64,000 nt of DNA, from positions 62,001 through 126,000 of the forward strand of contig MCFE01000082.1 in assembly GCA_002104905.1 (NCBI GenBank), given 5' to 3'. The position numbers and the translations under genes are program-made. The DNA is from Basidiobolus meristosporus CBS 931.73 (Eukaryota > Fungi > Basidiobolomycota). This document shows, in pieces, positions 28,122-40,593 of this stretch. The notes below the pieces were generated by a model. The model was not told the DNA's origin and made no database searches. It saw nothing but the letters and a program-made list of their open reading frames with translations. Every line of letters starts with the position of its first letter. Position 1 is the first letter of the stretch.

Positions 28122-29360
28122 ATGCGTTCTTCGTTAGCTTCTATTCTTCTATCAGCAAACTTGCATCAGGCAACATACTTTAAGTCTGTATTGTTGTGGG
28201 ACAAAATCCATACTCTTTCAACCCGGTGTTTACTTAATGTCAATATGTTTAGGTATGACTGCCAGGATTATCATTGCTATAACCACGACTATACCTGTTT
28301 GGACTGCATTCAGGTGTGACCAATGTTGGTGATGGGTCGTTCTCCCCATGATTCAATCCATATGATAAAGCCGATAGCACTGGTAAAAACGCCGAGAAAC
28401 CACTCTAGAACAGCAACAAACCTTTAGCATTGCTGATTATCCAAATGGTTCTGAACATACCTGTAATCAACCATTGAATCAAATCAACATTGGTAGTATG
28501 CCATCCTTGACAGCCATGTGTTCTAATCAAGATTGGCAGCCAATCTGGATTTCTCTGTCTCTTGACTAGTGGATCTTTTGAAGATCAGACAGTCATAGCG
28601 TGCAATGCATTGAACTTCCCACGTGACATCCATAATTTTTCTGATTCTGTTCCCCCCTCGAGAGGCTGTATATTCTCAATAAGTGAGACGGAATCAATGG
28701 TATAGCATTCCTGTTGCCACTTACAGACTTTCCGAAATATGGACTCACGTACCAGAATCCGGATGCATATGTCCAAGTAGCAGATCAATATAAGCAGGCT
28801 ACTATTCTTTGAGGAAATACTCCTTACGACGATTGCATGGAGAGGAGTGTTGAGTGCCATCTCCTACATGATATTTATTTTCTTCATTTTTTTAGAATAC
28901 CACCCGAGTTATTCGTTATCTAGGATCTTACTATTGCAGGGGCTGGTGCGTTTTACGACAATCCGCTCCTTTTCCTTAAGCGGAGATAGCTCCTCGATGT
29001 ACCGAGGCATTGAAAGCAGTCTCTACATTAAATATTAAAGCCAACTGAGTAAAGGCCAAGAACAACTCCCTAATGTTTTCTTGTTAAACGGTCCAGCACA
29101 CGAATAAATGGATTAGCCCAAGAAATAGTGTAGCACGTTGCCCCTAAGACACACGACATACGTGCAACCTAGCTTTTGCCTTAGCATTGAATGCTCATCT
29201 ACTGCACAGAGTCGGTTCTACAATAAATCATGGTTGAGAGTAGCCACTGGATTATGTGACAACAAGATGTGTGCGTCAGGGCTATGCACCTCCGTGTTCT
29301 AACCCAAGTATGGCATCTACTTAGATATTCGATTGAAATAGACAATGAGTTTCCACAAAG
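28122..29360 (+). pseudogene. Heavily decayed pepsin-like (A1) aspartic protease relic
   Basis: A1 landmarks appear in order across stops and frameshifts: signal-like MRSSLASILLS, QTFSIADYPNGS (flap-like, 28416-28452), NQINIGS, DGINGIAF (~DGILGLAF, 28687-28710, same frame), VKRSSTRINGLAQEIV (~IDSGTT.I.LP.EIV) and SVF*PKYGIYLD (~FLRxYYxVFD). The catalytic Asp motifs are not intact. Confidence 0.42.
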
Positions 29361-29468
29361 AACCTATCCTCACTATCAAGAGTAGGGTTCATTTAATTGG
29401 CAGGTCACACTCTTGGATCGTTCGAAAAACTGTTTTTATTGGGGGCAAGTACTATACATTTACTAAGT

Positions 29469-30557
29469 TTATTTAGTGTCATAAGGATAGAATCCATGGC
29501 CAGATTTGCGCCCGTAACGCTTCTGTTTGACTAATTCGTTCAACATTGGTGAGGGCTTGACCAGTTTTTCACCCTGAAGACCCTTGCCTTCGGTATACCA
29601 ACCATCAATGATATGCTTCATGGTATCCAGTCCAACATACTAATAATGATGTGCATGGTGAGTACTAATTTCCCTACTTCCAAAAAATAGCACTTACATC
29701 CATCAACTCAAAAGGTCCCATAGGATACCCGGCTCCAAGCTTCATGGCTGTATCAATATCTTCAGGTGTAGCCTCCCCGCGTTCAGCTAAGCGGACGGAC
29801 TCCATGAGGTAAGGCACAAGCAAACGGTTAACAATAAACCTACAACAAAAACACTCAGTTTACAAAGGCCATGATAAAGTTGCTAGGACAACCTGCTTTA
29901 CCCTGGAGTGTCTTTGCATGCAACAGGGGCTTTCTTCATTTTTTTGCATACATCGAATAAGGCCTGATTGGTTTCTTCACTGGTTTGTTCCGTACGGATT
30001 ACTTCCACCAACTTCATTTGAGGAACAGGGTTGAAGAAATGAAGGCCACCAAAACGGTCTTGTCTCTTTGTGGAGGATGCGATATCTCCAATTGGCAATG
30101 AGCTGGTATTTGAAGCAAAGATAGTATGCTTTGGCGCAGCATCGTCCAACTTTTGGAACAATTTACGCTTGATATCAAGGTTTTCCACAATCGCCTCCAC
30201 GACAAGGTCAACTTTAGAGGCGGTATCTTCAGAATTGGTAGATGTTTGAATGTTCTTCATGGTATCCGCAATGAACTTTTTCTGCTCAGCCTCATCGGTG
30301 AAGCCTTTGCGAGCAACTCTCTTCAAAGAGGATGAGATGATGGATTTTCCTTTCTCCAAGTGTTCGTCACTAACATCAACCAAAATAACGGAATAGCCGT
30401 TCTGTGCAGCAACCTGAGCAATGCCCGCACCCATCAAACCAGATCCATAGACACCGATAGTTTTCACCACTTGAGTATTTCCATTGCCGGTTGAAAAGTG
30501 ACGCAGGATACTACGGGCTCTGGTTGTTGCTTGCGCGGCTCTAATAGCAGAGTTCAT
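29469..30557 (-). CDS. Mitochondrial short-chain 3-hydroxyacyl-CoA dehydrogenase (HADH-like); 3 exons
   Basis: [16 protein letters not shown] (Rossmann), [35 protein letters not shown]|[28 protein letters not shown]. Confidence 0.95.
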
Positions 30558-32110
30558 TATAAACTGACAAGTGAATAGGAAAGGGTCCCGTTTATGGAAT
30601 CCACGGACATCACAATTTATAGTTGTTGAATCTGACGTATTAGATGACCCATCTGAAACCGATTTCCTTAGTCATATGAAACTTCCTTATCAAAGTGTAC
30701 TACCTTATTCACATGCAACTTGTTGACAAAGAGTTAACATGAATTGGCGGACTTTAACGCACGAGTATGGAATTAAATATATTACTGATATTCTCCCATT
30801 ATTATATTAGATAATTGAATATGGCATTTCATGGAGAAAATTATCACAAATGGCCCTATCCCTCGATGGCCCATTAGTGGATAAGGCTTATGAGCAATGG
30901 ATATCGGCATAAATGCTCGAAGCTCGTGGTTGCACGATGTCATAATCAGTAATTAACTCCAAGTATTATTTCCTCCGACCACCGCTCCGAGACTACACTA
31001 CTGGTTTGGGAATTCCTATGTCAGATCCCACATTGCATAGTTTTTGCAATGGTGTTTAACAATATGATTAATTTTCAGAACATAAATGTTGAATAAATAA
31101 ATCAACATATTAAGGCGGACTTGAAACGGTCGAGATGTTGCATGAAAGCGTGGAGATTGATTAGAAATATAGAAATGATGAGTCAATCTCTCTAGTTGTT
31201 TGTGGACTACAGTCCAGATTAAAAAAACCCACCCTGATGAGCCAGTGAGCACATTCTAGAGCCTAGTTGACCAAAGCAGTTAAACGATATGCTTATTGTC
31301 CAGTCTCTTATATGCCACTTCGCTTACTCAAAATTGCATCTAGTTGTACCCTGGTGACCTTATTTACACTGAATGATATCAACAGTAAAAACCTCATAAA
31401 TAAAGGACAAGTACCTATTTAAATCAAAGAATACTAGCATCAGATTATATCCATCTCTTTACTGTTGGAGTTAAAGATACAGGGATAGTTGGGGTAAAAC
31501 GTGTATTTAGCATCTACTGGGTTTTTCTGTATTCATTGTGTATTTTTCATGACAGACATGGCACAATCGAAACTCTGCTTGGTGAATAATCCAAGGCAAT
31601 GAAATAATGACACTGCATGTTGCCACGATTTGAGAGCACGAAGTTGGTTACCATAATCAAACCTTCAGCAAAATCTTATTACCTTCTCCATAGTATTCAT
31701 TGCTATATCTGAGGCCACAAAACAGGGACGTAGCTATTTAATCTCATGCTAACGTATGTTGATCCTTGGCCTTACTGCTAATTAGCTGCAGTTTGCCATA
31801 CGAATCTGCTGTCATGAATGCAATATGACATAAGAACAATATTTTAGTACTTTAGTGTTAAGATTTCACGTCACTATGAGGAAGATGAGTCCCATTTTCT
31901 TGACCACACAATGCCATAGGATCTACGAATGTCCAGGGTTTCGTTGACTGTGGTATATTTGGTATTATGACTATGCGAGCTTTGACACTAGAAATGAGTT
32001 TTCATTTAGTGGTTTACCATATCTAGACCTTAATTGTCATCATCCATCGTATCACAACACTATACGTATGACGTTACTATCAATGCACTAAAGATATTCT
32101 GTAGCAATCG

Positions 32111-32117
32111 TATAAAA
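32111..32117 (+). promoter_or_regulatory. TATA box candidate for the 32208 gene
   Basis: TATAAAA about 95 nt upstream of the ATG. Confidence 0.45.
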
Positions 32118-32207
32118 AGTCAGTCTCACCCACTACCAAACACAAATCATTTTGTATACTGCCTACGCCGGACTTTAATACCACCACCACCTGTCAAAGT
32201 TTGAAGC

Positions 32208-34181
32208 ATGTCTAACCATATCAACAATCACAAAGTGGCCTCCGTCAATAGTGAAGAATACAAGCACCCACATATGACTGCATTGAAGGAGTCCATCAAG
32301 AATCTTGCTGGCTCTATTCCGAACACAAATCAAATGCGAAATTTGATAAATAAGGATGACCGCAGCGATGAATCCAAGCAATACATCAATGATGATAGTT
32401 ACGCCCCTGGAATTAGCACTAATTCAGTAGGCAAAAGTTTACCTAGTTCTCGCTTGGGTGATGAGGCGTTGTCCAGGGAATTCAGGAGAAATGTAGCTCA
32501 GGATTACGATACTGGAGCAGCTGACAATTCTTCTCCCAGCAATGAGTCTACCGGTAATAGATTTACCGACAGTAGAAATTCAAGAGCTCTATCTGACGGT
32601 ATACCGACAAAGGCTGAAAGCAGAAATAGACTAACAGGACAAAACTTTGCTGATGCAGGGGATCATCTCGCAGATCACTTTAATGATCTCCACTTGCAAA
32701 AATCTAGTAGCATATCTAATGAAGATCCAGTCAACTCATCCAAAGCTTTTGCTAAACCAACTGTTATGAATCCTGCTTACGATTCAGTAGATCCTGCAGA
32801 TCATCGGGCACCAACAAAGCATATTCCCTCCACAGTACCCGCAGTTCACCCTACTGAAAGTAATTCAGACTTACCCGAACATCGTGGACCAATGGAGCGT
32901 ACCTTATCGGATCGGTCTGACAGTTCTACCTTGAGTAGAAGGTTGCAACGGAATCTTAACCAGCATTTGGATGATGAAGTTACTACATCTGAAGAAAATA
33001 TTACACCTGTTGCACGATCAACTGAGGGTAACAGCAGCAATTTGAATCACCCAGGGAATATGGCCCACGATGGTGCTTTTATCCACAACAATGACTCTTC
33101 ATACCCCGAAGTGAATAATGGCCATCAGTCTGCTAATTATAACACTAACAGGTCTATTCATGGTGAAGGCCCAGGTGGATTTGGAAAATATGGTACCACT
33201 GCGCCTGCCGTTGAAAATGGTACTGAAGCAGGAATACATCGACACAACGACTCTACTGTTCCTACAAATGGAAACAATATTGGAGCACTTAATGAGGATG
33301 GAGGCCTCAACTCTAATGGCCTTGCGCAAACTAACCTTGCTAATCCGGCCTACCATAACAGCCATCATAGACATGGACTGGCTGGTTCTGCTGCCGGGGC
33401 CATTGCTAGTGAGGGTGCTCGAGCACTTGAAAATCACCATAACACTACCACTTTCGGAAGAAACAGTGGTGTTGGGGCACTTGATGAGGACAGAGGCCTC
33501 AATTCTAATGGCCTTCCGGAAACTAGCCTTGCTAATCCGACCCACCATGATAACCATCATAGACATGGACTGACTGGCTCTGCTACCGGGGATATTGCTA
33601 GTGAGGGTACTCAAATTAGAAAGAACCATGATAATATCACGCCTGCCTTCGAAAGCTTCAACAACGACTCAAAGTGCGGTGAGCTTGACAACTATATTGC
33701 TTCCGAGTCTAATAGACCATTCCCATACACTACACAAGGCCCCGACTCCAACGCTATTGGTTATAGTAACTACGACTCCAAGCAATCTGAAAGACCTGAT
33801 TACCATGATCAAGTCACTCCCGCTTTTGAAAGCTTTGGTCGATCTAATGAGACTCAGATTCCCTCAACACAGCCAACCCACTCGACTGCTGACATTCAAA
33901 GTGTTCCCAGATCATCACTTGGCGAACGAGCCTCTATCTCGGGGAATCATCCAGTAAATACCCCGTTGGATGCAGAGAATTTTCCCACTAACTTGGGTTT
34001 CACAAACGCTCAAAACATCCCTACACAGGAAAAAATCAAGGCTTCACAAGGTTTAGGCTCGCATTTAAATGATGATCATCAATTATATAACAGTGAGCCA
34101 CATCTAGTTGATAGCGGAAACACTGGCCTTCACTCCCATAAGACTTCTGAGCACTTGCCCGAGCTTTATCCAAGATCATAA
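32208..34181 (+). CDS. Hypothetical 657-aa hydrophilic, intrinsically disordered protein (S/N/H/G-rich), single exon
   Basis: Long uninterrupted ORF with an upstream TATA box and an internal 64-aa duplication; no recognisable folded domain. Confidence 0.75.
   Translation: MSNHINNHKVASVNSEEYKHPHMTALKESIKNLAGSIPNTNQMRNLINKDDRSDESKQYINDDSYAPGISTNSVGKSLPSSRLGDEALSREFRRNVAQDYDTGAADNSSPSNESTGNRFTDSRNSRALSDGIPTKAESRNRLTGQNFADAGDHLADHFNDLHLQKSSSISNEDPVNSSKAFAKPTVMNPAYDSVDPADHRAPTKHIPSTVPAVHPTESNSDLPEHRGPMERTLSDRSDSSTLSRRLQRNLNQHLDDEVTTSEENITPVARSTEGNSSNLNHPGNMAHDGAFIHNNDSSYPEVNNGHQSANYNTNRSIHGEGPGGFGKYGTTAPAVENGTEAGIHRHNDSTVPTNGNNIGALNEDGGLNSNGLAQTNLANPAYHNSHHRHGLAGSAAGAIASEGARALENHHNTTTFGRNSGVGALDEDRGLNSNGLPETSLANPTHHDNHHRHGLTGSATGDIASEGTQIRKNHDNITPAFESFNNDSKCGELDNYIASESNRPFPYTTQGPDSNAIGYSNYDSKQSERPDYHDQVTPAFESFGRSNETQIPSTQPTHSTADIQSVPRSSLGERASISGNHPVNTPLDAENFPTNLGFTNAQNIPTQEKIKASQGLGSHLNDDHQLYNSEPHLVDSGNTGLHSHKTSEHLPELYPRS
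33281..33640 (+). repeat. Two-copy 192-bp (64-aa) internal duplication
   Basis: GALNEDGGLNSNGLAQTNLANPAYHNSHHRHGLAGSAAGAIASEG (from 33281) versus GALDEDRGLNSNGLPETSLANPTHHDNHHRHGLTGSATGDIASEG (from 33473). Confidence 0.9.
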
Positions 34182-34405
34182 GCATTGTACAACGTAAATA
34201 AAGGCCGCTTATGTACAGCTTCTTTCGATTCCATCAATCAAATAGTAGTAAATATTTATCACACAGCTTGGATAGGATTCTAGAACTAACAGGAAGAGGC
34301 CACTGTAGAGATTCCATTTATTTTGAATTTCTAATCAATACCCCATTTGGCTGAATAGATGTGATTTCTGTAATCAGATTTTGACAACTGAGTTTTAAAC
34401 TCCGG

Positions 34406-34412
34406 TATAAAA
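34406..34412 (+). promoter_or_regulatory. TATA box candidate for SFH5
   Basis: TATAAAA about 60 nt upstream of the ATG at 34473. Confidence 0.45.
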
Positions 34413-34472
34413 GATGCATTGCAAACATTGCAGGTACTAAAGCCTGATTGAATACTCACCACCAAGAATATC

Positions 34473-35476
34473 ATGAGCAATACAGAAACCGGGTATTTGA
34501 ACAATCTGACTGAACTGCAAGCTGAAGCTCTGGAATCTCTGAGAGTTCGTGTTGTTGAAGAATTACCAAACGCTGATCTTTCGGCGGACGATGTGAGTAC
34601 AGTTAAGGACGAATCTCATTCCGACAAGCGCGTCCTCTTACCGATATATTTGCTAGCTTACAATCTGGGGTGTTTCTCTAGAAAATTTGGAGCAACTCAG
34701 CAAAGTGCAGAAAATTGTATTCTTGAAGTTCTTGCGAGCCCGTGATTTTAAGGTGGATCTGAGTTTGAGAATGCTTCTTGACACCTTGAAGGTTAGTGCA
34801 ACATCAGCAATCATGTTTTTAACCCTCTCATTTGTCTTACCACGTCGTTAAATATGCAGTGGCGAAAGGAGTTCAATATCAACTCTTTGATGAAGGAATC
34901 TTTTCCCGAAGAAATCCAAGAGCTTGGTTATATCCACAAGACAGATATCAACGGCGGGCCAGTAACTTACAACATATATGGAAATCTCAAAGCTGACAAG
35001 GTATTTGACGCTGACGGTACCCCAACGCGCTTTGTCCGGTGGAGGGTTCAGCTGATGGAAAGAGCCATCGCCTTACTTGATTTCGAGAACGGAGTGGAAG
35101 CGATGACACAGGTATAATATTCTTATTCATGTGTTTTCCCAACACCATCACTTATTCCAGGGTCTATTGCAAGGTGCACGATTACCACGGTGCAAGCCTG
35201 TTTCGCATGGATCGTCGTATGAAAACTGCCTCGTCCCAAATTATCCAACTATTTCAAGATCACTATCCAGAGTTTCTGGATCGGAAACTCTTTGTCAACG
35301 TGCCTGGCTTGATGGAAATGTTATTTAATCTTATGTCGGTGTTCGTAAGCGCTCGAACCAAGAGTAAGTTCCTTATGGTTGGTCAGGCAAACACACAAAA
35401 GACTCTCTTGACTTATATCAGCAAGGAGAATTTACCAACACAGTATGGTGGCGATAGTCAACTTCACACAATCTAA
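34473..35476 (+). CDS. SFH5: Sec14-family CRAL-TRIO phosphatidylinositol transfer protein, Sfh5-like; multi-exon
   Basis: KFLRARDFKV, WRKEF, PVTYNIYG, FVRWRVQLMERAIALLDF, QVHDYHG, FQDHYPEFLDRKLFVNVP. Confidence 0.85.
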
Positions 35477-35935
35477 GACTATTCAGATGATGTCGATATT
35501 TTTCCAGTACATATTTCGTAATCTATTAATATATAGCTAGTGTTTACCAAAATAAATCTCCTTGTTTTGCTAGAATAAGTCTAGATTTACCATGCACCTC
35601 TCTACACGCCACATACCCGTTGTCAAGACCAGATTACATCTCTCTTCTAGCCAGGGACTATTGTCCTACTTAACATGAAGAAGACACGGTCTCAAGTTCG
35701 TGATTGGATAATAACTTATAGCACTCAATTCATGAGATGAGATGATTGGAGTCACGGTAGGCTGAGTACCAAGTTACGTAGTTTACTGGAAAAGACTGTT
35801 GAAAAACGTGAACAGTCACATATTAATCATCAATATGATATCAATTGCGTATGTCGACCTAGATGTAATTTCGTATGGATCTTTAAATAGAGACTGAGGC
35901 CTCCGTGATTACGCTTTGAATTTTCAGGGTCTGTT

Positions 35936-36874
35936 ATGCTTAATTCTCTTCCTCGTTATGCTTGGGTAACACTCCTTACTCGGGACCAGTTCTTTCAAGG
36001 GGTGCGGGTGTTAGCACGCTCGCTGAAGAAGTCCAACTCGATATACCCTATAGTTGTCATTCACACCTCGAATGTTTCACAGCAAAATCTAGAATTGTTA
36101 TCTAAAGAAGGCTGCTTAATACGTCTCGTAGATTTTGTCGATCCTCAACCTAACCGGAGGCTCAACTACATATGGGAGCGTTATGCAGATACTTGGACAA
36201 AGCTTCAGGCTTGGAATTTGACTGACTACGAGAGGGTTACACTCCTAGATGCCGACATGCTGGTATTGAAGAACATGGACGAAGTATTCGACGTGCTTGA
36301 TCAGTCACCTCTTAGCCTAGCTGCTGCGAATGCTTGCACCTGCAACCCTTTCAAGCAGGAAAGCTACCCAAAACACTGGTATGTTGTTTTCATACGAGTT
36401 TCATAGTTACCAGAACGACCATCCAACTGCTTTTCAAACTAATACAGGATCCCTGCTCACTGTGCGCATACCATTTACGAAAATGCCGCCACAAGCAATA
36501 TTGATGCATCCGTATCGAAAGGAACACATGAGTACTTCAACTCCGGTCTGCTTGTTCTCGCCCCCTCCCAGAATTTATTTCAAAGAATGGTCAGGGAGTT
36601 GAATAAGACCCAGAATCTTGATCGCTATACATTTCCTGACCAGGACTTTCTCAATGAAATCTTTCGTCATAGCTGGATTCCGCTGCCCTACATCTACAAC
36701 GCACTAAAGCCCATGAAGTACTGCCATCCCAAAATGTGGTCACTTGCTGATATCAAAAATATCCATTACATCTTGGAGAAACCATGGGATGTAGATTTAA
36801 CTGATCGTAAATCCCTGGGGCCATTTGACGATTTGTACAAGTTATGGTGGGATGTGCAGTCGGAGCTCTCTTAG
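35936..36874 (+). CDS. Glycosyltransferase family 8 (glycogenin/galactinol-synthase-like fungal clade); 2 exons
   Basis: AWVTLLT, TWTKLQAWNLTDYERVTLLDADML (DxD), ACTCNP, NSGLLVLAPS, FPDQDFLN, LPYIYNALK, IHYILEKPW. Confidence 0.9.
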
Positions 36875-39863
36875 AGGCTGTATGATATCAAGATCATCAA
36901 TCTCTTGGGGCATAAAGATTTCAGTGCCGTCGTGTAACAAAATTTCGTCATACATATCTTACTGATGCTGAGTATCGGTCTGGTGTTTTATTTGTTATGA
37001 GTTCTGTGAGCGCCTAGGCTATGTGACTCTTAGCAAATGAAAGAATTACTAATAATTAGATCAGCGCACCTATATCTACCTGTTCACTTTCCACTTTTCG
37101 CTTACCATCGACAACAAAGCTCAATCAAACTATGGGTGTTCAGCAAAACATACGTATGTATCTTAAAATTCTAGAGTGCAAAACATGCCCCTATGCAAAA
37201 TCTCAAACTTGGAATTCATCTAATAATCAAGTGGTATTCAGCCGGTATTCTCACGGTATTATCCTGGCATTCAGCTGGTGTTTTTCCTTTAGATTTTTAG
37301 TTGCAATGTTTGGTGAAAGTAGTGAGTAGCAGATTACCAAATCTAGTATGGATGCTAGTTGGCCGAGTCTCCTCATGGAAAATATATCTGCTTGTCAGCC
37401 AAATAGCAGGTATTGGAGATATTGAGAGTTGTTAGTTTAGAGAAACTCGGAATTCAGCTGATATTATGACGGTTTTCTGCTGGCCTTTTCTTAATTTTTT
37501 TCTTGGGGGATGTTGAGCTAGGCGAAACATGGATAACAGATTTGTGTACGTGTGATGATGTTCTGGTACAGACACCATTGCATTGAAAATACAGAACACC
37601 CATGGTAGATTCAGACTGGTACTATATTGGATGAATATCATACATCCTTCCCTATCCTTTCACAGATTAGCACCGTTACCCTAGTGAGAGCAAAACTCTG
37701 ACAGCTCTCTTACCCGGTAGCTATTAGCATAGTACTCCAGATCATCATTGAGCATGAGTGGGTGCCTTCGTGTTGACGAATAGGTTAGATGTTTGAACTG
37801 ACTTCACAAAGCCCTCAAAGTCTGCATCATACTGATACTGACGCCGCTTGATCTACTTTAAGCATGAGTTCAAGTGGAATCATTCATTGATCGTAAACAC
37901 ATTACTGGAATTGGCAATTGTGGCAATATCGGATCCCATACAGTAGACTTAATCAACTGGTATGACGGAAATCGCAACAGGAAGCCAGGCTCCACCAAGT
38001 CCAAGAGTGACTCCGCTGCCAAACGATTTGGGCGATAGAATGCATGGTCTTACAGAATCAGATGCTGGACAGGTAGAACCTGGTAGACTAACACTTTGGA
38101 CATGCCGTCCAATCATTTTCCCACCCCACAACCAACCCTTTACAGTTTAGCACCAAACAAACGGATTCAATTTTTTGGCTGATTACAGATCCGAACCCCC
38201 TACACAATCATCATGAAGGACAACGGTCAATACCCGGTAATGACTCATAACCAACCTGATTCTGTAAACTGGTTGCCAAATACTCAGAACACCACACGTT
38301 TGCAGATCGAAGATGAATCAAACTCACACCAATCGACATAAATGGCAAGGGCTAGAAATAACCTACAAATTGTAACTGTAGCTTCCTGGTGGCTGATGCC
38401 AATAACGTCTAGAGGGGATGGCTGGTGAGCACGCAGGTGGATATGACACATGCTCAGAGCGGATCTCCTCCTCGCCACCCTCATATGATTCTTATCTCCA
38501 AGCACCCATGACGAATCGTGGCAATGAAATCATAGTAACCAGCATTCGAACAGTATCTAGATGCGGATTCTTATCGATAAACACCCTGTCATTGCTAGGC
38601 TGATCCAAATATGGTCCGGCCTCATTAAAGGGTGCTTCAGTTATGGCGCAAATGGATTGAAACAAATATCCAACGCCGGAAATATACAAAAGCATAGGGG
38701 TAGCCCTGGCATTATGAAAAACCGATTGCTAGATATATCCGTGCTCTCACTTCAGCAATGAATGTGGTAAATTGGATGCCATTATTGGGCGATTTGTATG
38801 GACATCTGCGAATTTAAGTGCGTAAGGTGGTATCCTAAGCAGCGAAAAGTGGCATGAGGCATTGGTCCAAATTTCCAGGTGTCGATGATTAGCGCATATG
38901 AGGCCATTCGCGGTCGACTATTGAGGAATGTGAAATGGCTGGAATCTCTATGTTGCTGATGAAAATACATCACTGACAAAGCTTTCACCGGCTTCACTTT
39001 CCCGAAGCAATATTGACACTGTTTTCGAGTAGCTGACATCGTATGATAGCGTGGAAATTCAGAAACGCATGCCATCGCACCAGCTCTACAGGTTATTCCC
39101 ATGGGGACATCGATTGTTTGTTAAGTAATAGATGCTCGATTCGATAGAGGTTCACATCCACTCAGTTAATCATGTCTAATTGTCATCATCCCTCGTATGA
39201 GATCCATGAACCCGCAGCACGTGTTGACACTAATATTAGTCCATAGTCTAGGTGAAATGAACGATGGCTTTCAGATACAATTTTCCTGAAGTCTCCCGAT
39301 GGCCATTACCTTTTTCAAAGCACAATTGTATACATATCCGGTTTTTCCCTCACCATCAGTAGTTAGAGTGAAAAACCCCCTATAGTCAGCAAACCCCCTT
39401 TGCTTATCATCAATGGCCTACACAATTCTAGGTGCTGGACTGTCAATAATGTACATGCAAATCAATAAGACCGATTTAATCAGCGACTCTAGACCTGAAA
39501 GGTTATCTTGCCTCGTTGAGGTCCCTTCATTGTGAACGATAGCGTCTGGAGATAGTGTCCCAATGATTCCAATAATTGAATCGACTTGTCATGACCTCCC
39601 TATTTAGTAAGAAGATCGCACCGATCTGAGCTAATCAGGAAGACTCAAGACCAATCCGAGTTTTTCCAATTTCCATACATCCGTATCTCTGACTATCTGC
39701 AGTGGAAATCCCGTACATGCACTTGGTCAATGAATTTCGAAGGATATCGCCAAAAAGGAACTCAATGGCACAATGTCATTCAGTTGGAAAAATCCGCTCA
39801 ACTGATTTGGCCCAATCATGGCCAAATGCAGGTGCAGGTGTTGATAAGAATCTGACTTCTCCC

Positions 39864-39870
39864 TATAAAA
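39864..39870 (+). promoter_or_regulatory. TATA box candidate for the C2H2 gene
   Basis: TATAAAA about 75 nt upstream of the ATG at 39943. Confidence 0.45.
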
Positions 39871-39942
39871 GAGCGGCCGTCCTCCCACTGGAGAGACGGA
39901 CATTGATTCATTCAACTACGTAAGAATTACAACAGCGGTATC

Positions 39943-40593
39943 ATGGCTGCACAATCACCTCGCTTATCATTCATTCTTCAGTCTGAAGACAATCTCCAAA
40001 AGCAACTAGCTGGCAAAAGCATTCGCCCATACAGCTGCACAGTCTGTAAGAAATCGTTTCGCCGCAATGAACACTTGATCCGACATGTTCGCACCCATAC
40101 TGGAGAAAAGCCTTACTCCTGCTCGTACGCCAGCTGCAGTAAGCGTTTCTCCAGATCAGACGAATTGGCCAGGCACATTCGAACCCACCAGAAAAGAGAG
40201 GTTCAAAAATTCAGCCTTGTTTACTCCTACCCATGCCTGAGCAACAACGGAAATGCCTGTTTATTTTCCAGTTTTCCTTCCCAGGCACTTTCATCTGCCA
40301 AATCTACCCCGGAGCCAGAGACGGCCCCATGTGTGGCATCCCGAGGTGACTTTATTGATACTCTCGGTCGGTATGAACCTTACCATGTGCTGCCTACCAA
40401 GTGGAGGCCGATCCGAAGCCCCCACGGCGCAAGGTGGAGTTCTGCCGCTAGTTCATTGCAATCTAGCCCGGCGGTATCATCCGATTCTGAATTTGAGGAT
40501 GATCTATCATCAAGCGGCAATTGCCGTGAAGCTAGTGCTCAACCCCCAGAATTATCTTCCAATGCTCACAGACTATCGTTCATCCTGAACTAG
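39943..40593 (+). CDS. Two-finger C2H2 zinc-finger transcription factor, CreA/Mig1/EGR-like; single exon
   Basis: [55 protein letters not shown]; finger 2 carries the RSDEL recognition helix seen in Mig1/CreA. Confidence 0.92.
   Translation: MAAQSPRLSFILQSEDNLQKQLAGKSIRPYSCTVCKKSFRRNEHLIRHVRTHTGEKPYSCSYASCSKRFSRSDELARHIRTHQKREVQKFSLVYSYPCLSNNGNACLFSSFPSQALSSAKSTPEPETAPCVASRGDFIDTLGRYEPYHVLPTKWRPIRSPHGARWSSAASSLQSSPAVSSDSEFEDDLSSSGNCREASAQPPELSSNAHRLSFILN

Noticed and set aside
33099-33957. Hydrophobic-looking alternative-frame and antisense ORFs over the 64-aa duplication
   Set aside because: By-products of the repeat in the 657-aa ORF; their periodicity mirrors it
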